NCBI GenBank assembly: GCA_035221665.1
Contig: CM069134.1
Span: 17,546,001-17,610,000, forward strand
Reading direction: 5' to 3'
DNA length: 64,000 nt
Origin: Okamejei kenojei
Taxonomy: Eukaryota
Shown: piece by piece, positions 13,055-23,039 of the stretch
Position numbering within the stretch: the first letter of the stretch is position 1
Layout of the letters: each line of letters starts with the position of its first letter
The notes under the pieces: generated by a model
Told to the model about the DNA's origin: nothing
Seen by the model: only the letters and a program-made list of their open reading frames with translations
Databases searched by the model: none
Position numbers and translations under genes: made by a program

Positions 13055-14830
13055 GATAGATAAAAATGTTGGAGGAACTCAGCGGGTGAGGCAGCATCTA
13101 TGGAGAGAAGGAATAGGCGACATTTCGGGTCGAGACCCATCTTCAGACTAGTTAGGGAAAAGGGAAACGAGGGATATAGACAGTGATGTAGAGAGATAAT
13201 GAACAATGAATGAAAGATACAATATTCAAAAAAGTAACAATGATGCAGGAAACAGGCCATTGTTAGATGTTTGTTGGGTGAAAACGATAAGCTGGTGTGA
13301 CGGGTGGGGAAGGGATAGAATGAGAGGGTATGCAGGGGTTACTTGAAGTTAGAGAAATCAATATTTATACCACTGGAACCCCCGTCCTCTAAAGAATGAG
13401 GTATGGAACACCTGATATTGTCCGCAGATGTGGCGTAGACGGAGGAATTAGGAGAACGGGATAGAGTCTTTGCAGGAGGCAGGGTGGGAAGAAGTATAGT
13501 CTTGATAGCTGTGGGTATCAGTGGGTTTATAATAGACGGCAGTCGATAGTCTATCTCCTGTGATGGAGACGGTGAGATCAAGAAAGGGAAGAGATGGTCC
13601 AAGTGAATTTGAGTGCAGGATGGAAATTGGCAGATGATGCACTTGTGCCATTAAGTTTGAAGCACAAGGTCAAATTCTAGAAACAAAGAACTACAGATAA
13701 TTGTTATTACACAAAAGGACACAAAGTGCTGGAGTAACTCAGCGTGTGTGGGAGAGCATAGGAGCGGAGGGCACAGCCTCAGAATCAAAGGACGTTCCTT
13801 TAGAAAGATGAAAAGGAATTTCTTTAGTTAGAGAGTGGTGAATCTGTGGAATTCATTGCCACAGACTGCTGTGGAGATCAACATTGGGTATGTTTAACAC
13901 AGAGATTGGCAAATTCTTGATTAGTACGGGTGTCGAGGATTATGGGGAGAAGGCAGGAGAACGGGACTAAGAAGGACAGATATATTAGCCATGATTGAAT
14001 GACAGAGTAGACTCAATGGGCTGAATGGCCTAACTCTGGTCTTATGACTTATCAACATATGGAATAAAGGCCAGAGATAAGAAAGGACGGAAGGTGTGAG
14101 ACAGGTTTGAAAAGTTGCAGATTTTAAAGCCAGAGGGAGGAAAGTGGTGGGGTGGGATGGGTGGTGAGTAGAGGAGAGAAATAGATGGGAGTCCAGGTGA
14201 TGCGCAGGATTGTGATTACCTAAAATTGGACCAGTCAAATGTTCATACCATTTGGATTGTAAGCTCCTCAAGCAAAATATGAGGCAATGGAGGAGGCCCA
14301 GGGCAGAAAGGCCAGTGTGGGAATGATTAAAATGGTTAGCAACACTGGATATAGTCGATGAGGTTAGAGGAGCTGCACGTGAACCATGGTCTCACCTGAT
14401 GGGCTGCTGGGGTCCCTGGGTGAAGGCAAGGGAGGAGACAGGTGTTACATTGTCTGCAGTTACAGGGGACAGTACCTGCACAGGGGGTGGTTTGGGTGGG
14501 AAGCAATGAGTGAACAAAGGAGTTGTGGAGTGAGCAATCTCTGTGGAAGGCGGAAAGTGGTGGAGTTGGGAAGATGCGACGTGGTGGGATCACATTGGTG
14601 ACGAAAATGTCGGAGTATGATGTTTTGGATGCAGAGGATTGTGGAGTGAAAGGACAGGACCAGCAAAGTTCTGTCCTTATTCCATCTAGGGGTGGGGGCG
14701 GGTGGAAGGGAGTAAGAGCAGAACTACAGGACACAGAGGAGACAGGGGTGAGGGTGCAAAAGGCGGAAGTGGAGTCCAGATAACTGTGGGAGTCGGTAGG
14801 TTAATAGATGACAGTCGATAATCTGTCTCC
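13055..14830 (-). mobile_element. Penelope-like element fragments (RT C-terminus, GIY-YIG region, terminal repeat), interrupted by a CR1 tail at ~13760-14050
   Basis: LPFLDLTVSITGDRLSTAVYYKPTDTHSY..YTSSHPASCKDSIPFSQFLRL and C.CRQC.TC...FTCSSSNLI.YIQC motifs. Hammerhead-like core at 13116-13148. A related plus-strand fragment lies at ~2940-3160. Confidence 0.85.
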
Positions 14831-15659
14831 TGTGTGTCTCCTGCCAGAGCTCAATTAAGGGGAGAGGAGAGGTCAAATGTTATGTGACTATAAATAATTA
14901 TGGGAAATTCAAACCATTCAGTCCACATAAATGCTTACATAACTAAAATAATAGATTCAGCAACTACACAGCCATTACAGCGGTATTGTATCAGAAGCTC
15001 CACAAAGGGCTGGGAACAAACATTTTGCAGCTTTTCTGCAAACGTGCACCATAGACATTGATTCCAGCTGAACTATTTTCATACACTTCTTCCCAAGTTC
15101 GTTATAGACAAGTCTTCAGCCCGATAGGTACCATATTGGCTCTGAACTCCATATAAATAGATCCTTTGTTAAATGTCCTTCAAGGAATTTTATTTTCTTC
15201 CATGACAAACTTATTTCTTCTTCAAATCTTTTAAAGCTCCTCCTCCCTCGTACCAAATTTCCACACTACCCATATCCAGGATTATTAGACCTGGCAAATA
15301 GTCATCATGGACATGGTGGGTCAAAGCACAAGTTGCAAATGTGTGTCTCGGTCAGATACAAGCAAAACGGAAAAACCCTGTTAGCAATTGTTTTTAATTT
15401 TTATTACCAACAGCATTAGATCCAAGGACAAGTTTCAGTGGCATGCACATTTGAGTTTTAACAGCTGCTAATTATTTTTATTTTAGATCAAAAATATTGA
15501 CCAGCATAATAAACTCTTAAATTGCAATTTTACAAATAAACAACTCAAATCAACAGCCAGACAATTTGAAAGGTTTTTTTTTTAATTATAAACTTGAGAC
15601 AAAATGTTTGAATTTGAATTTAATGTAGCTGACGGCAGAAATTAAGTTAAAGTAAATAA

Positions 15660-16085
15660 AGTGAATAGAGGGCCCGTGGAGGCGTTTGTAAAATAGAACA
15701 AAACCTACCCATGGAGCTGTTGGGTCCCCGTTGTGTGGCCAGGCAAGTACAAGCGAAAAGAAAATGGCGATCTGAAAATCGGCAAAGGCCCCAACTGCGC
15801 AGGCGTGGCTGACGGGTTCCCGTTGTGAAACGAGATCCCCTTTGTGACGCACATGGCAACCCTCCCCAACTGCGCAGGCGCGGCTGGCAAGTGGGAGCCA
15901 ACAATTGATGTCAATAACTTGTAAAATATGACATCAATCTGAGCGAAACTTGCTACTGCTCACCGCAGGTCAATGGCAAGGTGGGCCAACAATAGCATCC
16001 CTATTGTGTACCGTTTTGGTGGATGTTTCGGGAACAAACAAACACATATACACACAAACAAACAAACAAGGATAGATGGATAGAT
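15660..16085 (-). mobile_element. Short non-autonomous element, possibly Helitron-like
   Basis: On the minus strand it begins atctatcc-(tgtt)n, has duplicated ccccaactgcgcaggcg motifs, and ends in a GC-rich cacgggccc-tctat. The terminal CTAG is not intact. Confidence 0.3.
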
Positions 16086-16895
16086 CGATCGATCTTGCAC
16101 GACCATCGATTTCCCCCAGATTCTATTAATCACCTGAATATTGGGATCAAATTTACAATGTCTAAATAACCTAGCAATCACACCATTTAAATATGGAAGG
16201 AAACCAGAACACCCAAAGGATAAACACAGGGCAAACATACAAACACCACAGAGAAATTTCCAGAAGTCAGAATTGAACCCAGGTCAATGGCACCGAGCTA
16301 GGCCATTGTAGTATCATTATCTGGTTCCTTGCAACACCACTGTGTCTGCTAGGCCAGGTCCCAGACCTGAAGCATTACCTATTCCTTTTCTCCAGAGATG
16401 CTGTTTGACCTGCTGAGTTATTGCAGGTTTTTGTGTCTAGCCCCAAACCCTTAAACTCCCTAAATTCACTCCAACATGACACGTCACTCTGTCAAATCTA
16501 GGATTGCAGGAAGGGAGCCTTCCTGCTGCCGCTCAGTGAAAAGAGCAGCACCTGACAGGTATACACTGTGTCTCTCTCTTCATTCCTCATTCTTACACCC
16601 ATGTCCTCACTGGTTTTATCTGAAACCTGCATTAGACCCACTTTCCTAATTCATTTTACTTTTCATTACTTAATCCAAAAACAAACTATCCTTACAATAT
16701 TGCAGCACATGTAACCAAGCTATAAGATAGCAGTTCATATGCTGGGTTGCCATGGCACTTTACGATAAATAAAGGTAACTTGGTCTGTGTATATGGTTGT
16801 ACGAGCTGAGATTACTTTGAGTTGTACAAGCTGAAAACAGTTGCAGAAAGAGCGGATCTTTTAACAGAGGCTAGCCAATTTGTGAGGCCTGAAGA

Positions 16896-17090
16896 TGGAC
16901 ACAAAACCCTGGAGTAACTCAGTGGGGCAGGCAGCATTTCTGGATAGGAATGGACGGTGTGGTCTGAAGAAGGGTCTTGACCCGAAACGTCACCCATTCC
17001 TATCCAGAGATGCTGACTGTCCCGCTGAATTACTCCAGCATTTTGCGTCTATCTTCGCTGTAAACCAGCATCTGCAGTTCCTTCCCACAA
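16896..17090 (+). mobile_element. Penelope-like terminal repeat with hammerhead core and an inverted partial copy (fold-back)
   Basis: 16896-16955 is an inverted copy of ~16993-17050, flanking ctgaagaagggtcttgacccgaaacgtc. Confidence 0.8.
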
Positions 17091-17659
17091 TTACTGAGGT
17101 CCCACTGTTAATGTGTTGAGGTGAGTTTCTGTTGGACAAATTTAAAGCAGTCGGCATCATTTAGTGACCGCTCCTTAGAGGATGTACAAAACAAAGTTAG
17201 GTACAAGCAGAGCGACCGTGTGGAGAGTAAACTTGGGGCTTTGGCTGGAGAGGGTTTATGGCTGCAGTAAAGATAGCAGTTAGGAGTTGCTCCTCTTGAA
17301 ACATGTGGGAAGTCAAGGAGATTTCCAGTGTCCCTGAGGATTACAGCTGTGCGAGGTGCATCAGATGCAGCCCCTTACCGATGGTGTTAGAGAATTGGAG
17401 CAGCAAATGGATGACCTCAAGATCATCCGCGAGACTGAGAAGATCATAGACAGGAGCTACAGTGAAAGTGCATGTGTCAAGGGTAGAGGCAGAAAGATGG
17501 GTGACCACCATGAAAGGGAGTAAGCACAGAATAGCAGAGTTTCCTGAGGCTATTCCGCAGGGTGGGGGTAGTCAGGGTAGGGCAGCAGCAGCCATATCAG
17601 AGGCATCAGTCCTGGTTTTGAGACACAGTAGGGAAGAGTAAAGCCTGGCAGTGCGATTC

Positions 17660-18330
17660 ATCAACAACTTCTCCGAGACCACCCATATTGATGCAACAAC
17701 GAAGAAAGCACACCTATGCCTCTACTTCCTTAGAAGTCTGAGGAAGTTTGGCGTGTCCCCTACAACTTTCACCAACTTCTGCAGGTGCACCATAGAAAAT
17801 ATTTTATCAGGATGCATCACAGCTTGGTTTGGGAACAGCTCCATCCAAGACTGCAAGAAATTGCAGCGATTTGTGGGCGCAACCCAGACCATCACACAAA
17901 CCAACCTCCCTTCTATTGACTACATTTATACCTCACGCTGCCTCGGCAAGGCCAGCAGCATAATCAATGATGAGTCGCACCCTGGCCACTCCTTCTTCTC
18001 CCCTCTCCCATCAGGCAAAAGGTATAGAAGTGGGAAAAAGCACACCTCCAGATTCAGGGACTGTTTCTTCCCAACAGTTATCAGACAACTGAACCATCCT
18101 ACCACAACCGGAGAGCAACTCTGAACTCCCATCTACCTCATTGGTGATCCAAGGACTATCTTTGATCGGACTTTACAGGCTTTACCTCGCAGTAAACGCT
18201 ATTCCCTTATCATGTGTCTATACACTGTAATTGGCTCAATTGTAATCATGCATTGTCTTTCCACTGACTGGATCACACACAAAAGCTTTTCACTGTACCT
18301 CTTGATTCGTGACAATAAACTAAACTCAGA
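17660..18330 (+). mobile_element. Rex1/Babar-like LINE 3' end, preceded by a CR1 ORF1 fragment at ~17200-17650
   Basis: KKAHLCLYFLRSLRKF...CTIENILSGCITAWFGN...HPGHSFFSPLPSGKRYRS...RFRDCFFP, followed by a gacaataaa tail. A longer degraded copy lies at ~31020-32140. Confidence 0.85.
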
Positions 18331-18353
18331 CAGCACACCCCCCTGCTTGCATA

Positions 18354-18500
18354 NNNNNNNNNNNNNNNNNNNNNNNNNNNNNNNNNNNNNNNNNNNNNNN
18401 NNNNNNNNNNNNNNNNNNNNNNNNNNNNNNNNNNNNNNNNNNNNNNNNNNNNNNNNNNNNNNNNNNNNNNNNNNNNNNNNNNNNNNNNNNNNNNNNNNNN
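18354..18500. other. Assembly gap (147 N)
   Basis: Run of N. Confidence 1.
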
Positions 18501-19699
18501 ACAGTCACCGGCAGCCACCTGAAAAATCACCTAAGTGGGGCAGGCCAATTAGGCAACTGCCAGGGACTAGTTTTAATGCAATTCAACTTCGAAACCTGGC
18601 GACAACCTACGTCAGCACCTACGACAAACTATGACAACACTTATGTCAACCTACAACTGCAACATTTGTCGCCACTGTTGCAGAGCATTTTTCAGCGTGT
18701 TGAAAATTTTGTGGTAGTCGCCCAAAAAAACAAGCAAGTGGGACTGGCCCATTAAGTTTTATCTTGCAAAAAATTTCACTATGGATTGCATTCTCTATTT
18801 TGATCTGCAACACTGAATCTAGGGAAACAGTGTTTCATACATACGTAACATACACAGAATAGTATTAAGAACAATCTTGCATTTTCATGTCATAGGAGCA
18901 GAATTAGGCCATTCGGCCCATCAAGTCTATTCAGTCATGGTTGCTCTATCTTTCCCTCTCACCCTCCTGCCTTCTCCCCATAACCTTTGACACCCTTACC
19001 AATCAAGAATCTGTCGATTCCACCTTTAAAAATACCCAATGACGGCCTCCATAGCACTCTGTGGCGATGAATTTCACAGGCTCACCACCCTCTGACATTC
19101 CGCTTCATCTCCTTTCTAAAAGGTACGTCCTATTGGCTCTGCTCTCTGGCCCGGGACACTCCCACGAGTGTAAGCGTTTTAAAGTAACAGTGAGCATGAT
19201 TTTGTGTTTTCCAGTGACGATTCGACAGGTTTCGCAGCATGAGAGAACCGATTCTGGGTCGGCTCCATGACCAGGCACGGATACACCAACAGCGGAGCCA
19301 CAAACATTTGTCGTTTCCTCTATCGCCAAAACAACGTTTTAAAATACTAGCGAAGACGATAGAATACGAGGATATTGAACATTGAAAACCCCGTTACACA
19401 AAAGGTGGTATTTTCAAATAGCAAAGAAAATTTACGATACCATTTGTCCTATCTAACCGTAAAGTTGGCTTGACTTGATCTGTACAAGTAGTAAAAGAGT
19501 GAACCAACTTAAAAGACCATACATATAATTTTAGTAATGAATCGACTGTTAAACCTGTCACCGTGTTGAGATTCAACATTCCTGTCGGTTTTCGGGGCCT
19601 CATTCGTGCATACTCCGAAAATCTGTTTGTCATTCTCACACACACTGTAGAAGTGTTCAGCTGCAGGGAACCATTCATTCCCACGCCAGTAACTCCCAA

Positions 19700-20600
19700 A
19701 AGAAGCTACACAGTTTCGCAGTGACGGAACTCGTTGCCAGAATCTGGCAGATCGTCCTGCGGGGATGAGATGATCAGATTTGGGGGAGTGGCGTCCAACT
19801 CCGGACGATGCAGCTGTAGGAGGACTGAACCCCTCTCTCTCTCTCTCTCTCCTTACCTTGAAGTTGCTGGAGTTGATCCATCCCGTGAGCTCATCCACGA
19901 TGCCGTCCACTTGGCCTCTGTGATCGTGAACCACCTCGCTGGACCTTGTGGGGTCACGCAGGTAGTCGACCAGCTCCTGGCCGACCTGCAGCCGCCCGCT
20001 GACATCCCTGTGCGCCGCCACCTGCTCCAAGAAGTGCTCCAGGCCGCGGTCGGGCTCCATGCCGGGCCGGAGATGGCCGGGTTACACCAGCTTCAGGCCA
20101 GGGGACACTCTCTCCAGCAGCGTCCTGTTGACCGTTTGCCGGCCCGGCCCGGCCCGGCCTGGGCTTCTCCTCCTCCTCCTCCTGCGGGCCTCGCCCCTTC
20201 CTTCCCTCCCTCCCCTTCAACCCAGCCCCTCCTCCTCCTCCTCCTTCTGCAAAAGGGCTCCTTCGATTGTTTTAAATATCTTGAATCTCGCTCTAAATCC
20301 CTTTCAAACTCTGGAATCCTCCCTTAACGCGAGTTATAAATAAATAAACCCCTCGGCCGGCTCCATCTCCATCTCCGCTCCACGACGTCCCCCGGCGCGG
20401 GCGCGCGCACGCAATCACACGCACGCACACGCCGGCGTACGCGCTCGCGCGACCAGGGTCGCATTGACGCCGCGCGGGCGGGCGCGCGTCCGACATAAGG
20501 GGGGGGGGGGCTCGTGACCGCGCAGAGCCTGTGCAAAGGCATCCTTCAGCATGTCGCAGTCGGCAGGGCAGTCCTCTGCGTATCGCCAACTGGACAATTT
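19700..20600. promoter_or_regulatory. CpG island / CLASP2 promoter and 5' UTR
   Basis: GC- and CpG-rich stretch (e.g. cccggcgcgggcgcgcgcacgc) spanning exon 1 and its upstream region, in an otherwise CpG-poor background. Confidence 0.8.
19857..20060 (-). CDS. CLASP2: CLIP-associating protein, coding exon 1 (start of TOG1 domain)
   Basis: Translates to MEPDRGLEHFLEQVAAHRDVSGRLQVGQELVDYL...VDELTGWINSSNFK (68 codons), matching the CLASP N-terminus (RLQVGQEL, W.NSSN.K). Ends at a phase-0 donor AAG|GTAAGG and lies in a CpG island. Paralog assigned by head-to-head synteny with PDCD6IP, as in human. Confidence 0.92.
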
Positions 20601-20867
20601 TACATTTTTTATCAAGCCAATTAACCTACAAGCCCGACAAACCAATTAACCTACAATCGCTGCTCTTGCAACAAAACCTAAAGCGTCGAAGACTAACAAT
20701 AATAATGCTTTTCGTTGATAGTTTATTCAGTGGCATTATATCATGTTGGTAGCTAGTTATTATTCATTTGCAATCTACTTCAGGAAATAGAAGTAAAATA
20801 CTGCGAGTGTCAGCTGCACATAGTTTAGTCAGAATGAAATCTTGCGCACCCGCCCATGGCACGCTTT

Positions 20868-20881
20868 GTTGCCATGGAAAC
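20868..20881. promoter_or_regulatory. RFX X-box motif
   Basis: GTTGCCATGGAAAC fits the palindromic X-box consensus, in non-repetitive sequence ~0.8 kb upstream of the CLASP2 ATG. Confidence 0.5.
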
Positions 20882-21399
20882 CGTACACAGACAGTACATT
20901 CGGGATGGTTTTACTTGCTAAAGCAATGACTGCATATTTCAACATCTTGAAGGGATTGCTCACTGGCCGCTCTTCCAGCCCAGCCCAGCCCGCCACTCTC
21001 TTCTATGCAACGTTTTTTCCACGTTACCACAGAGGATGCAATACCTGTTCTCTCACCTCTTCTCGGAATTCAGAGACGCCTCGCAGGTGAGGTAGCAATT
21101 CATCCGCATTTCTGCCAATCTGGTGCACTGCCTTCGGTGTATTAAGAAACTGCAGATGCTGGTTTAAAACCGAAGATAGACACAAAAAGCTGGAGTAACT
21201 CTGTGGGTCAGACAGCATCTCTGGAGAGAAGGAATTGGTAACATTTACATAGATACATAGACAATAGGTGTTGGAATAGGCCATTCGGCCCTTCGAGCCA
21301 GCACTGCCAATTATTGTGATCATGGCTGATCATCCACAATCAGTCCTTGTATTCCCAATTTGTCAACCCTCACACCCCCCCCCCCCCCCGCTATTTAGT

Positions 21400-22090
21400 T
21401 TAAACCCACACGTGTAGAACCAGTAAACCTGCCTGCCAGAATGTCCGTCCCTCTCCAGTTAAAATGTAACCCGTCCCTTTTGCACAGGTCACACCTACCC
21501 CAGAAGAGATCCCAGTGGTCTATAAATCTAAATCCCTGCACCAGCCCTTAGCAACACATTCAGATCCCCTATCTCCCTGTTCTTGCCCTCAGCAGCATGA
21601 GGCACTGGAAGCAATCCAGAGATAACCACCCTAGAAGTCCTGCTTTTCAGCCTTCTTCCTAACTCTCACATTGCAGAACCTCCTTCCACTTCTTCCCGAT
21701 GTCGTTTGTGCATACATGCACAACCACTTCCGGCTGTGCACCTTCCCTTTCGAGGATGTTCTGAAGTCAGTCCGAGACAACTTGGACCCTGGCATCAGGG
21801 AGGCAACAGACCATCCTCGAGTCTTGCCTGCATCCACAGAATCTCCTGGTGGGTGACAATGGAGTCACTGTGGCTCAGCCCGACATCGGTCTCGCTGGTC
21901 GACTCTCATCGCTAGCATTGCAGCCACCGACCTGTCCGCCGCTCGGACTGGAAGCGTCGTCTGCATGGACAGCTCCAATGAGGGCGTACCTGTTTGCAAG
22001 AGAAAATTCCACCGAAGTCTCCTGTCGCACCTTCTGCACTCTTGGAGTGACAAACTGACTGAAGTTCCTGTCCAGGAAGCTTTCATCGTC
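21400..22090 (-). mobile_element. CR1-clade ORF1 (SGNH-esterase-like) fragment
   Basis: Similar to the ORF1 region at 25880-26450 (NRY, motif region corresponding to CLPGA.V.D, D.LHL). Confidence 0.6.
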
Positions 22091-22506
22091 CCTATCATTA
22101 TCGTTTATGTATCTATGTAACCATATAACCATATAACAATGACAGCACGGAAACAGGCCATCTCGGCCCTTCTAGTCCATGCCGAACACTTACTCTCACC
22201 TAGTCCCATCTACCTGCACTCAGACCATAACCCTCCATTCCTTTCCCGTCCATATACCTATCCAGTTTATTTTTAAATGATAAAATCGAACCTGCCTCCA
22301 CAACTTCCACTGGAAGCTCATTCCACACAGCTACCACTCTCTGAGTAAAGAAGTTCCCCCTCATGTTACCCCTAAACATCTGTCCCTTAATTCTCAAATC
22401 ATGTCCTCTTGTTTGAATCTTCCCTACTCTCAATGGAAAAAGCTTATCCACATCAACTCTGTCTATCCCTCTCATCATTTTAAAGACCTCTATCAAGTCC
22501 CCTCTT

Positions 22507-22650
22507 GGGGTGGAAGATTGCAACCTTCACGTGGTCCACCCTGTTTCGACTAATGCAATCAACACGACGTGCACAAACGGAAGATCAAATTGAACAAGTT
22601 GTCCAACAACTTTAAGCTGTGCACGCCACACAAAAGAAGAAGAAGAAGAA
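22507..22650 (+). mobile_element. Short non-autonomous retroelement with a Vingi-like 3' end and (GAA)n tail
   Basis: Inserted in the CR1 with a degenerate TSD (aagtcccctctt / aaggccccctt). Its 3' ~45 nt match the 3' end of the LINE at 32342-32385. Confidence 0.7.
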
Positions 22651-23039
22651 GGCCCCCTTAACCTTCTGTGCTCCAAAGAATAAAGACCTAACTTGTTCAA
22701 CCTTTCGCTGTAACTCAGGTGCTAAAACCCAGGCAACATTCTAGTAAATCTCCTCTGTACTCTCTCTATTTTGTTCACATCTTATATTACTAAAAGTAAG
22801 ATCTTGACCGCTTTTGACTCACTGCGATGTGATTTCCGAGAGAATGCCGCCACTTACGGCCGTCATTTTTGGCCACCTCGCTCAGAGCCCCCCTCTGCCG
22901 GACTTGTCCAGAGGATGTTTCTCATCGATGAAAAATCAGAGATATATTAATGTTTAAAACATGTTTGCCATTCACTATGCTGCCCCTGCTGGTGGGAGTG
23001 GGAGGGACTATAAAACCCGGAAGTGGTGTGCCTCACTCA

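Noticed and set aside
19509-19856. C-terminal 115 aa of the 183-aa ORF 19509-20060
   Set aside because: Read-through past the exon 1 donor into the intron, starting with an (AG)n microsatellite.
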